Shown here: in pieces, positions 1-8,354 of the stretch
Numbering within the stretch: position 1 is the stretch's first letter
Layout: each line of letters opens with the position of its first letter
DNA from: Betaproteobacteria bacterium
GTDB lineage: Bacteria > Pseudomonadota > Gammaproteobacteria > Burkholderiales > SG8-41
DNA: 45,801 bases
NCBI GenBank assembly: GCA_025353085.1
Contig: JANXRI010000099.1
Location: forward strand, 1 to 45,801
Reading direction: 5' to 3'
Position numbers and translations under genes: made by a program
The notes under the pieces: model-generated
Seen by the model: only the letters and a program-made list of their open reading frames with translations
Databases searched by the model: none
What the model was told of the DNA's origin: nothing

Positions 1-134
1 ACTCCCGCATTCCCGGCAAAACGTCAAACCGGGATCAATTCAAAAAACATATTTTCTATGAGGCGCGGCCTTTACTCCGGGACCGGGCTTGTCCAACAAA
101 CGGTTCAGATCGCGGCTCGCTTCGCTCGCGCGAT

Positions 135-1229
135 CTAACCGTAGTCGTTATGCACGCAGGCAACGTCCTGCTCCAACGTCAGGCGCTCAAAGCACACATT
201 ACACGCAATGCATTTGCGGATCGGCGATTTAACCTGGCCGAACGCTTTGAGGCACCAATGCGGATCCGCGTAAAGCGCGCGGCCGACCGACACAAAATCC
301 GTGCAGCCGTCGTGCAGCAGCGCCTCGGCATCCGCCGGATCGACCACGCGGCCGGCGACGAAGACCGGGATGCCGACCGCCTGTTTGACCGGCTTTGCAT
401 AAGGACCGAGGCAGCCGCGCGGGAATGACGGCGGCTGTATGCAGTACTTCGACAACTGCGGGCTTTCATTACTGCCGCCCGACAGATCGAGTGCGGCAAC
501 GCCCGCGCGTTCGAGCCGTTGCGCGAGTTCGACGATCTCGGCTTCGGTGTAGCCACCGTCGACAAACTCCGAAGCGCTCAATCGAATGACCAGCGGAAAA
601 TCCGGCAGCGCCTGCTTGATGCGCTCGATGGTCTCGAGCAGCAGGCGCGCGCGGTTATCGAACGAGCCGCCGTATCGATCGGTGCGCCGGTTGATGCGCG
701 GCGTAAAAAATTGTTGAAACAAATAACCATTGCCCGCGTGAATCTCGACGCCGTCGTAACCGGCCTGCTCCAGGCGCCTTGCCGAGGCGACAAATAATTT
801 CTGAATTTCGATGAGCTCCGGGACGCTCAGCGGCCGCACGGCGTCGCCGGTGTTCGGATTTTGCCACGGCGATGGACCGACCGGCTCCATGTTGAGCACC
901 GAACGGCGCAGCAACGCGCCGCGATGATTCAGTTGCGCGAACACATAACAGTCGTGCGCGTGAATTGCATCGACAATGCTCGCGAGCCCCGGAATGAAGC
1001 GATCGTGATAACAACACAGCGAGTTGTGATGCGGCCGCGCCTGTGCGGTGACGACCATCGCCTCGGTCATGATCATGGCGACGCCGCCGCGCGCGCGCTC
1101 GGCGTAATACAGCTTGTCGCGCGCGGTCGATAAGCCGTCCGTCGTGCTGTAGTTGGTGCCCATGGGCGCCATCACGACACGGTTTTTAAGCCGCAGTGCG
1201 CCTAGTTGGCCGGGCTGTTCGAGCAACAT
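135..1229 (-). CDS. NADH:flavin oxidoreductase, Old Yellow Enzyme family, with C-terminal Cys cluster
   Basis: Translation shows an OYE / 2,4-dienoyl-CoA-reductase N-domain pattern (LKNRVVMAPMGT, HAGNGYLFQQF, RTDRYGGS). It ends CIACNVC-x11-C. Start trimmed to the ATG at 1227-1229 (MLLEQPG...), because the 426-aa track ORF adds an Arg/Ser-rich extension that overlaps the upstream gene. Confidence 0.8.
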   Translation of the reverse strand: MLLEQPGQLGALRLKNRVVMAPMGTNYSTTDGLSTARDKLYYAERARGGVAMIMTEAMVVTAQARPHHNSLCCYHDRFIPGLASIVDAIHAHDCYVFAQLNHRGALLRRSVLNMEPVGPSPWQNPNTGDAVRPLSVPELIEIQKLFVASARRLEQAGYDGVEIHAGNGYLFQQFFTPRINRRTDRYGGSFDNRARLLLETIERIKQALPDFPLVIRLSASEFVDGGYTEAEIVELAQRLERAGVAALDLSGGSNESPQLSKYCIQPPSFPRGCLGPYAKPVKQAVGIPVFVAGRVVDPADAEALLHDGCTDFVSVGRALYADPHWCLKAFGQVKSPIRKCIACNVCFERLTLEQDVACVHNDYG

Positions 1230-1323
1230 GCGACGGTTCCGGTCAAATCCCGCGCCGCGTGCACGCGCGACGAGAGGTAAAACATTTAAAGTTGGCGAGC
1301 CGGCTGGCACCCGGCGACGCCGC

Positions 1324-2307
1324 TCAATCGATGGTCGCGCCGGTGGTCTTGACGACAGCCGTCCATCGGGCGCGATCGTTTTTAACCGTCGCCTTGAACT
1401 GCTCAACCGTTTCACTGCGCGGCGCGTTGCCTAGCGCGATAAGTCTTTGACGAATCGCGGGCGTTTCCAGTGCTTTACGAACCGCGGCGTTAATGGCATT
1501 CGCAATTTGCGGGTCGAGGCTTTTCGGGCCGAACAAGCCGAACCAGGTGTAGCTTTCGAATCCCGGCAGTCCCGCTTCCGCAATGGTCGGTATCTCGGCC
1601 ACTGCATTGACGCGGCTCCTGGTTGACACACCTAACAGGCGCACGCGCCCCGAACGCCAGTGCGGAATAATCGTTTGCACCTGGTTGAAAATGCAGCACA
1701 CGTCGCCTTTGATCACGCCCTGAATTGCTTCGGGGCCGCCTTTGTACGGCACGTGAACCATGTTAAGCCCGGCCTTCGCGTTGAATTCAGCGAAGGCGAG
1801 GTGGGTGCCGGTACCATTGCCAGTCGACGCGTAATTGTATTTGCCCAGATTCGCCTTGACCGTGTCGATGAATTCTTTGACGGTCTTCACGTCGATGACT
1901 TCAGGATTGATCGTAAGCACGTTCGAAACATCGACCAGCGGTGCAATCGGCGTGAAATCCGCTTCAACGTCAAACGGCAGATTTTTATAGAGCGCCGCGT
2001 TCACGCCGTGGGTCGCCGCGGTACCGAGTAACAGCGTGTAGCCGTCGGCGCGCGCTTTCGCCACGTATTCGGAGGCGATATTGCCGCCGGCGCCCGCGCG
2101 GTATTCGGTCACGATGCGTGTATTGAGCGCCTTCTCGATCGACTCCTGCAGCGTGCGGGCAACGACGTCGACACCCGAACCCGCCGGAAATCCCATGACG
2201 AGCGTGATCGGCTTCGATGGCCAATCCTGCGCGAATGTTGAAGCAGTAGCCGATATTATAAAAATTGCAGTGACTAATACCTTCAACGCACGAGGAATCA
2301 TATGCAT
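1324..2307 (-). CDS. Bug family (TctC-like) tripartite tricarboxylate transporter substrate-binding protein
   Basis: Signal peptide (ALKVLVTAIFIISATASTFAQ) followed by the Bug hallmark WPSKPITLVMGFPAGSGVD. Typical ~325 aa length. Start set at the ATG at 2305-2307. Confidence 0.85.
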   Translation of the reverse strand: MHMIPRALKVLVTAIFIISATASTFAQDWPSKPITLVMGFPAGSGVDVVARTLQESIEKALNTRIVTEYRAGAGGNIASEYVAKARADGYTLLLGTAATHGVNAALYKNLPFDVEADFTPIAPLVDVSNVLTINPEVIDVKTVKEFIDTVKANLGKYNYASTGNGTGTHLAFAEFNAKAGLNMVHVPYKGGPEAIQGVIKGDVCCIFNQVQTIIPHWRSGRVRLLGVSTRSRVNAVAEIPTIAEAGLPGFESYTWFGLFGPKSLDPQIANAINAAVRKALETPAIRQRLIALGNAPRSETVEQFKATVKNDRARWTAVVKTTGATID

Positions 2308-2413
2308 GGGAAGTTTCGCTTCACGGAGAAGGGAATTAACTTGCACGAACACCGGCAGCAACTTTATAACCACCGTGCAGATGAAGCAAGCCGATGGATT
2401 TTTTACGCTCTAC

Positions 2414-3496
2414 TTACCGCGTGTCGGCGCCAACGGCATCGGCGACGGACTCGAAGCCGTCCACGCGCAGACGCTCGGCGAGTTCACGCTTGATGCGAAT
2501 GATCAATTCGGGGCCGTGATAGACGAGTGCCGAATACAATTGCACGAGCGACGCGCCGGCGCGAATCTTTGCATAGGCATGCGTGCCGCTGGCAACACCG
2601 CCGCAGCCGATCAACGGCAGGCGGCCACCGGTGAACCGATACATCTCGGTAAGGCAGGTGTTGGCTTTGGCCAGCAACGGCAGTCCGGACAATCCTCCCC
2701 TCTCTTGCGCGTGGCGGCTACGCAACGTCGAAGGCCGGTCGAGCGTGGTGTTGCCGACGATCAGGCCGTCAATTTTTGACGCCAGCGCAACTTCCGCAAT
2801 ATCGCGAATCTCACTCTCTTCGAGGTCCGGTCCGACTTTGACCAGCAATGGCGGCATGCGGCCGCCGTCGACGCACGCGGCCCGCCGCGCGTCCAATACG
2901 CGGCCGATCACTTCCTCGATCTGCGCGCGGCCCTGCAAATCGCGCAAGCCCGGCGTGTTGGGCGACGACAAATTGCACACGAGATAGTCGGCGAGGCCGC
3001 ACACCGCCGCTACGCCTTTTACATAGTCGGCAGCAGCGTCGGTGACATCGCGGTTCTTGCCGACGTTGGCGCCGACGATGCCGCGCGAAATACCGCGCTC
3101 GCGGCGTTTCTTGAGTCGAATTACGAATGCGGCGAGGCCTTTGCTGTTGAAACCAAGGCGGTTGATCACGCCGCCGTCTTCATCGAGCCGAAACAAGCGC
3201 GGTTGCGGATTCCCCGACTGCGGTTCGGGCGTCACCGTGCCCGCTTCGACGAAACCGAATCCCAACGCAAGCATCGCCTCCATCACTTCGGCATCTTTGT
3301 CGAACCCCGCGGCAAGTCCGAGTGGATTGCTGAATTCAAGAGACCATACGCGCGTGGCGAGAATCGGCTCGTCGACGGCGACGCGTGCGCCCGCGAGGCC
3401 ATGTCTGAGCGCCCACAGCGTAGCGCCATGCGCGCGCTCGGGATCAAGCGCGTGCAGCAGCGGACGCGCGACGCGAAACGGAAAATTTGCCATCAA
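2414..3496 (-). CDS. pyrD: Dihydroorotate dehydrogenase (quinone), class 2
   Basis: 360 aa with motifs GFNSKG, VGANVGKN, GLIVGNTT, GGLSG and IGCGGV, plus the N-terminal extension typical of membrane-associated class 2 enzymes. Confidence 0.9.
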   Translation of the reverse strand: MMANFPFRVARPLLHALDPERAHGATLWALRHGLAGARVAVDEPILATRVWSLEFSNPLGLAAGFDKDAEVMEAMLALGFGFVEAGTVTPEPQSGNPQPRLFRLDEDGGVINRLGFNSKGLAAFVIRLKKRRERGISRGIVGANVGKNRDVTDAAADYVKGVAAVCGLADYLVCNLSSPNTPGLRDLQGRAQIEEVIGRVLDARRAACVDGGRMPPLLVKVGPDLEESEIRDIAEVALASKIDGLIVGNTTLDRPSTLRSRHAQERGGLSGLPLLAKANTCLTEMYRFTGGRLPLIGCGGVASGTHAYAKIRAGASLVQLYSALVYHGPELIIRIKRELAERLRVDGFESVADAVGADTR

Positions 3497-3662
3497 TTTG
3501 AATGAGCCGCGGTTGAGATCAAACGAAACGTCGCGCGATATTTGCCGCAGCGCGTGTGCCGGAACGGAAAATCGATTCTGCTACAATCGGCGCAAACTCT
3601 ACACGATGACGCAGCACCGGGCAATGTAACGGCATCGTCATGAATCACCGCGAGGTTCCGCC

Positions 3663-4265
3663 ATGCAACGGCTCATCATCGCCATTACCGGCGCCTCGGG
3701 CGTCATCTACGGCATTCGCGCACTTGAAATATTGCGCCGCGTGCCGGACTTCGAAACGCATTTAATTCTGACGCCGTCGGGCGCGCGGACGATCATCGAA
3801 GAAACCGATTACAGCGTAGCGATGGTGCGCAAACTCGCGCATCACGAGTACAACTACAAAGACATCGGCGCCGCGGTCTCGAGCGGCTCGTTTAAAACCG
3901 CCGGGATGCTGGTGGCGCCCTGCTCCGTCAAGTCACTCAGTGGAATCGCCCATTGCTATAACGACGAGCTGGTCGTGCGCGCCGCTGACGTTTGTCTCAA
4001 AGAGCGCCGGCGCGTCGTTCTCTTGTTCCGTGAAACGCCGCTGCATGCCGGGCACATCGCGCTCATGGACCAGGCGACCCGCAACGGCGCAATCATCATG
4101 CCGCCGGTTCCCGCGTTTTACAGCCGCCCGAAAACGGTCGACGAGCTCGTTGCGCAGACGGTCGGCCGCGCGCTCGATCTGTTCGGCATCGAGGTCAACA
4201 TCGTCAAGCGCTGGACCGAATCGGCGCCCGCGGTGACCGCCGGCAAAAAGCATCGCGCTAAATAG
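3663..4265 (+). CDS. ubiX: Flavin prenyltransferase UbiX (prenylated-FMN synthase)
   Basis: 200 aa. N-terminus LIIAITGASGVIYGIRALEIL and APCSVKSLSGIAHC are typical of the UbiX/Pad1 family. Confidence 0.9.
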   Translation: MQRLIIAITGASGVIYGIRALEILRRVPDFETHLILTPSGARTIIEETDYSVAMVRKLAHHEYNYKDIGAAVSSGSFKTAGMLVAPCSVKSLSGIAHCYNDELVVRAADVCLKERRRVVLLFRETPLHAGHIALMDQATRNGAIIMPPVPAFYSRPKTVDELVAQTVGRALDLFGIEVNIVKRWTESAPAVTAGKKHRAK

Positions 4266-4269
4266 TTCC

Positions 4270-4782
4270 ATGTCGAATGCCGCTACCGGCCCGCGTGATT
4301 CCGCCTTCTGGAGTTTTTCGCTCGGTTTTTATGCGCAGCCCGGCGTGGCCGCTGCGTGTCTTGAGCTGCAGGACAATGCGGGCGCTGATGTCAATGTGAT
4401 GTTCTATGTGTTGTTTCTTGCAACGACGGGGCGGGAGATCAGCCAGGCGGAGGCCGCGCAGATCGATGCATCGATCAAGGCTTGGCGCGAAACCACCGTG
4501 GTACCGCTGAGAACGCTCAGACGCAGACTTAAAATGGGCATCGAGCCGATTGCCGCCGCCGACAGTGAAGCGCTGCGCAGCGCAGTCAAGCGGATCGAAC
4601 TGGAAGCTGAACGCATCGAGCAAGAATGGCTCGAGCGCAGTGTGCCGGCGTCAGTCGGAAGACCGGCCGCATCGCCCCTCGCCGCCGCGCGCGCCAACCT
4701 CGATGCCTGCGGTGCGCTTTGCGGCGGCCTGCCGGCGGCGCCAGTTGAAATTCTGCTCAACGCTTACGCGCGGACGCCGTAG
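4270..4782 (+). CDS. Conserved hypothetical protein, TIGR02444/DUF2390-like
   Basis: 170 aa. The N-terminal FWSFSLGFYAQPGVAAACLELQDNAGADVNVMFYVLFLA matches my memory of this uncharacterised proteobacterial family. Starts 4 nt after the ubiX stop. Confidence 0.6.
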   Translation: MSNAATGPRDSAFWSFSLGFYAQPGVAAACLELQDNAGADVNVMFYVLFLATTGREISQAEAAQIDASIKAWRETTVVPLRTLRRRLKMGIEPIAAADSEALRSAVKRIELEAERIEQEWLERSVPASVGRPAASPLAAARANLDACGALCGGLPAAPVEILLNAYARTP

Positions 4783-4853
4783 CGGTTCGCGGTTCGTGCG
4801 CAACACGAGTCAGATAACATCGACCCGCCCCTTCACAAAACGCAACGGCTCGC
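4701..4853. repeat. Direct repeat copy A (3' end of the TIGR02444-like gene plus a decayed vapC 3' remnant)
   Basis: Aligns without gaps to 5519..5643 over 125 nt, with about 95/125 identical by hand count. It matches again at AAAACGCAACGGCTCGCT after a ~27-28 nt deletion. The minus strand of copy A reads ...SEPLRFVKGRVDVI-stop, a shortened version of the VapC C-terminus ...SEPLRFLTGDSLLQRYSDLVDVV-stop. Confidence 0.75.
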
Positions 4854-5000
4854 TTTGCATGCGCAACCGCGGAAATGAGAGTCGCACATCAACTACAAGC
4901 TTATAAGTCAATTCCTACATCCGTCTCAGTACTACTCTTACGCCTTAATCAAGCGAATATTAATAACATCCGGTTCGCCTCTCGCTTTTAGGAGAATCAA

Positions 5001-5240
5001 ATGTCAGATACCCAGGAAATCAAACCAGAAATGCCGGTTGTTTGCTCGCAAGGTGGTCAATTTGCCACGGTGGATCACATGCAAGGATCCGACATGATCA
5101 AGTTAAAAAAGGATGACTCTGGCCAACATCATTACATTCCCACCAGCTGGGTCACTTCAACTAAAAACGGTCAAGTCCAGATTGATCGTCCCGGTCAGGA
5201 AGCCATGAAGCAATGGTCGGAAAGCCCGACCGCGCACTAA
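5001..5240 (+). CDS. DUF2171-like small protein
   Basis: 79 aa. The core PVVCSQGGQFATVDHMQGSDMIKLKKDD...HHYIPTSWV resembles the DUF2171 family. Good SD (AGGAGAATCAA-ATG). Visibly AT-richer than its surroundings. Followed by a strong terminator. Confidence 0.6.
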   Translation: MSDTQEIKPEMPVVCSQGGQFATVDHMQGSDMIKLKKDDSGQHHYIPTSWVTSTKNGQVQIDRPGQEAMKQWSESPTAH

Positions 5241-5263
5241 ATTCATTGATCGAAGTGGATTAG

Positions 5264-5288
5264 AAAAAGGAGCTTTTGCTCCTTTTTT
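5264..5288. terminator. Rho-independent (bidirectional-type) terminator hairpin
   Basis: AAAAAGGAGC-TTTT-GCTCCTTTTTT. The GGAGC/GCTCC stem (5269-5273 / 5278-5282) is flanked by an A-run and a T-run, 24 nt after the DUF2171 stop. Confidence 0.8.
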
Positions 5289-5301
5289 GCAGGTCAAGAT
5301 C

Positions 5302-5475
5302 CAGAATCGCCTTGTAGCGCCCCTGAAACAGATGGCCAACGCGGTGGTGGCGCCGGTTCGACCACTGCGTATACGAGCCATTGAGTTGGCGCATGCCTTT
5401 GCCAAGATTGGCGTCCGGCGTTTCCACCGGCAAATGATAATGATTGCCCATCAGACGGTAGGCATGCGCACCCAA
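5302..5475 (-). pseudogene. Fragment of a REP-associated tyrosine transposase (RAYT, IS200/Y1 HUH family)
   Basis: GAHAYRLMGNHYHLPVETPDANLGKGMRQLNGSYTQWSNRRHHRVGHLFQGRYKAIL carries the HUH motif (HYH) and the GxLFQGRYK block of RAYT-type proteins. The N-terminal part and the C-terminal catalytic-Tyr helix are missing. The track ORF begins at a TTG and runs out into the terminator sequence. Confidence 0.65.
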
Positions 5476-5518
5476 TTGAAATCCTCAATCACAGCGCCGC
5501 AGCAGCACGCTCAAACCG

Positions 5519-5699
5519 CCATGCCTATGGCGCGCTTTGCGGCGGCCTGCCCGTCGCGCCAATGGAGATTCTGATTAGCGCTTACGCGTTTATCGCGTAG
5601 CCCCTCGCAGTTCTTGCGGAACAACATTCAGACGACATCGACCAGATCTGAATAACGTTGCAGCAATGAGTCGCCCGTTAAAAAACGCAACGGCTCGCT
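5519..5699. repeat. Direct repeat copy B (decayed TIGR02444-like 3' remnant plus the 3' end of the intact vapC)
   Basis: In the frame equivalent to copy A it reads ...HAYGALCGGLPVAPMEILISAYAFIA-stop, against ...DACGALCGGLPAAPVEILLNAYARTP-stop in the intact gene, with the TAG at the same aligned position. Confidence 0.75.
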
Positions 5700-6005
5700 C
5701 ATGGCCTGAGCAATCAATATCCGGTCGAACGGATCGCGCTGCACGTCCGCCAGCCGGGCTACGGCAGCGGCATGGCGCGCAGTGATCGGCAATTCGACGA
5801 ATCCACTGCCCGCAATCGCCCGCACCAGTGCGCCGAGATCAACGTCGAGCTTGCCAAGCGCCTTCTTGATCGTGGCCTCCCAGATGCTGGCGCTGCTGAC
5901 GTAGATCTCGGTCGCGCCGGCAATCGTTGCGCGCGCTGACTTGCCGAGTTGCCTGTCGTCCCTCACGCACCATAGAAAAACATGCGTGTCGAGCAACAAT
6001 CGCAT
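5628..6005 (-). CDS. vapC: Type II toxin, PIN-domain ribonuclease VapC
   Basis: 125 aa. LLLDTHVFLW at the N-terminus and DPFDRILIAQA are typical PIN acidic-residue contexts. Its ATG overlaps the antitoxin stop (ATGA). Confidence 0.85.
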   Translation of the reverse strand: MRLLLDTHVFLWCVRDDRQLGKSARATIAGATEIYVSSASIWEATIKKALGKLDVDLGALVRAIAGSGFVELPITARHAAAVARLADVQRDPFDRILIAQAMSEPLRFLTGDSLLQRYSDLVDVV

Positions 6006-6238
6006 CAGCGGCCCTCGAAGCCGGCCAGCACCTTGTCGTCAAGCGGCGCATCGAAATCTCTGGAGATTTTTATTTTCCCTTTGAGAATGCCGAATTTGCG
6101 CTTCGTTTTATGCGGCACGATCGAAACCAGCTTCGCTGCGGGCTTTCCAGCTTTGGCGATAAGCGTCTCCTCGCCTCTCATCGCGGCATCGACCTTTGAC
6201 AATTGGGTTTTTGCTTCGTGAATGTTGACGGTGGTCAT
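6005..6238 (-). CDS. Type II antitoxin, Phd/YefM family (VapC partner)
   Basis: 77 aa. MTTVNIHEAKTQLSK... and ...IAKAGKPAAKLVSI are characteristic of Phd/YefM-type antitoxins. 4-nt overlap with vapC. Confidence 0.85.
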   Translation of the reverse strand: MTTVNIHEAKTQLSKVDAAMRGEETLIAKAGKPAAKLVSIVPHKTKRKFGILKGKIKISRDFDAPLDDKVLAGFEGR

Positions 6239-6260
6239 AGCGGACGCCTTGATAAAGAAA

Positions 6261-6278
6261 CTTAGTCCGGCTTAGTCC
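6261..6278 (-). promoter_or_regulatory. Tandem 8-bp direct repeat upstream of the antitoxin gene (candidate operator)
   Basis: CTTAGTCC-GG-CTTAGTCC (6261-6268 and 6271-6278), with a 10-bp periodicity, 23-40 nt upstream of the antitoxin start. Confidence 0.3.
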
Positions 6279-6333
6279 ATAGTAAAGTTCATGGTAAACG
6301 AATGATTAGCGTTTTCCTGGAAGAAAAACGAAG

Positions 6334-7014
6334 TCAGGCACCCTGCAACACGCCGTCAACCAATCGCAGGATGCGACTCGCGCGAGCGGCAATCACACCG
6401 TCGTGAGTGGCGATGACCAGGCTGGTATTGAACGCGCGGTTAAGTTCGAGCATTAATTCGAACACGTCTTCGGCGGTCTGGCGGTCGAGGTTGCCGGTCG
6501 GTTCGTCGGCCAGCACGCACGCGGGATTGGTTATCAGCGCGCGCGCGATCGCAACGCGCTGACGCTCGCCGCCGGAGAGCTCCGAGGGCGCATGCTCGAG
6601 CCGGTGGCCGAGTCCAACCTTGCCGAGCATCTCGATGGCGCGCGTCTTCGCTTCGTCCGGCGCCATGCGCCGAATCAAGAGCGGCATCGCCACATTTTCG
6701 ATCGCCGAAAATTCTGGCAGCAGATGATGGAACTGATAGACGAAACCGAGCTGGCGGTTGCGCAATTCGCCGCGGCCGGCTTCATCGAGCGCCTGGATAT
6801 CGCGCCCGCCAATCATTACCGCGCCACTGGTGGCGGCGTCTAACCCGCCGAGCAGATGCAGCAACGTGCTCTTGCCCGACCCCGACGCGCCGACGATTGC
6901 CACATGCTCGCCCTTCGCGACTTCAAGGTTGACGCCGAGCAACACATGCACCTCGACCTTGCCCTGTACGTAGTTTTTGCGCAGGTCGCGGCACGCTAAA
7001 GCGGCATCACTCAT
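6334..7014 (-). CDS. lolD: Lipoprotein-releasing system ATP-binding protein LolD
   Basis: Walker [10 protein letters not shown], signature [15 protein letters not shown], Walker [12 protein letters not shown]. Overlaps the end of the upstream lolC-like permease gene by 8 nt. Confidence 0.9.
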   Translation of the reverse strand: MSDAALACRDLRKNYVQGKVEVHVLLGVNLEVAKGEHVAIVGASGSGKSTLLHLLGGLDAATSGAVMIGGRDIQALDEAGRGELRNRQLGFVYQFHHLLPEFSAIENVAMPLLIRRMAPDEAKTRAIEMLGKVGLGHRLEHAPSELSGGERQRVAIARALITNPACVLADEPTGNLDRQTAEDVFELMLELNRAFNTSLVIATHDGVIAARASRILRLVDGVLQGA

Positions 7015-8302
7015 AGCGCAGCGCCTCCGCGGGGTTGATCCTGGCCGCGCGGTAACTCGGATAAATCGTCGCGAGCAAACTCACGACGAACGAGAAAAAC
7101 GCGGTCAGCATCACGTCCGACGAGCGCAATTCCGACGGCAGATCGCTGATCTGGTACACGTCTTTCGACAAAAATTTGAAGCCGAACAGGTGCTCGATGA
7201 ACGGCACCACGACATCGACATTCAAGGCGAGCGCAATGCCGGCGGCGATCCCCGCGAGTGTTCCCATCAGTCCGATCAGCGTGCCCTGGATCAGAAAAAT
7301 TTTCATCACGCTGCCGGGGCTCGCGCCGAGCGTGCGCAGGATCGCGATATCAGCTTGCTTGTCCTTGACCGCCATGAAGAGGCTCGACACGATATTGAAC
7401 GCGGCGACTGCAATGATCAGGAATACGATCAAAAACATCATGCGTTTTTCGATGTCGACGGCGCGAAAGAAATTGGCGTTGAGGCGGGTCCAGTCGGTGA
7501 TATATGCGTCGGGACCGAGGCTTTGCGCGAGCTCGCGCGAGACGCGGCCCGCGTCGAACAAATCGCGCAGCTTCAACCGCACGCCGCTGACCTGTTCGCC
7601 CATGCGATAAAGCGTTTGCGCATCCTGCATGTCGACGAACCCCAGGCCCGAGTCGTATTCATAGTGATCGACTGAAAAAATTCCCACCACTGTAAATTGC
7701 CGCAGGCGCGGCATGATTCCGGCAGGCGTCACCTGCCCCTGCGGCGCGATCAACACGACCTTATCGCCGGCGCCCACGCTTAAGGCGCGCGCAAGCTCGA
7801 TGCCGAGCACAATGCCGAACTCGCCAGGCTTCAATGCGGTAAGGCTGCCGGTAGTCATATGCTGCGCAAGATCGGCGACTTTTTCTTCGGCTTCCGGAAT
7901 GATGCCGCGTATATAGGCGCCGCGCACCGTGCCGCCGCTCGATAACAACCCCTGGGCCGTCACGTACGGCGCGGCCGCGACCACTTCGGGGTTTTGTCGC
8001 GATTTGTCGGCGATAGTGCGCCAATCGGCGAGCGTATTCGAGGGACCGGAGATCTGAATGTGCGAAGCGACGCTGAGGATGCGCGTGCGGACCTCGCGTT
8101 GAAAACCGTTCATCACCGACAGCACGGTAATCAGCACGGTGATGCCGAGCGCAATGCCAATCACCGAAACCAGCGAAATAAATGAAATGAAGCGACTGCG
8201 CTGACGTGCCCGCGTGTAACGCAAGCCGATGAAAAGTTCGTAAGGTTGCAAGTGATGATCCACTGGTAAAGAGGAGCGAGTTTGCCATACTGAGCCGATC
8301 AC
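7007..8302 (-). CDS. lolC: Lipoprotein-releasing system transmembrane permease (LolC/LolE family, single copy)
   Basis: [14 protein letters not shown]-terminus, MacB-type periplasmic domain and FtsX-type C-terminal TM bundle. The track start is a GTG at 8302; an in-frame GTG about 13 codons downstream is an alternative. Confidence 0.85.
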   Translation of the reverse strand: MIGSVWQTRSSLPVDHHLQPYELFIGLRYTRARQRSRFISFISLVSVIGIALGITVLITVLSVMNGFQREVRTRILSVASHIQISGPSNTLADWRTIADKSRQNPEVVAAAPYVTAQGLLSSGGTVRGAYIRGIIPEAEEKVADLAQHMTTGSLTALKPGEFGIVLGIELARALSVGAGDKVVLIAPQGQVTPAGIMPRLRQFTVVGIFSVDHYEYDSGLGFVDMQDAQTLYRMGEQVSGVRLKLRDLFDAGRVSRELAQSLGPDAYITDWTRLNANFFRAVDIEKRMMFLIVFLIIAVAAFNIVSSLFMAVKDKQADIAILRTLGASPGSVMKIFLIQGTLIGLMGTLAGIAAGIALALNVDVVVPFIEHLFGFKFLSKDVYQISDLPSELRSSDVMLTAFFSFVVSLLATIYPSYRAARINPAEALRYE

Positions 8303-8354
8303 GCACAGCGCGCTGCGACGCCAATGCTAAACTCAGCCCGGCAAAACTATCGCC

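Noticed and set aside
5287-5574. 95-aa plus-strand ORF across the RAYT fragment and repeat copy B.
   Set aside because: It is antisense to the recognisable RAYT remnant and runs into the decayed gene tail. It has no SD and no family resemblance.
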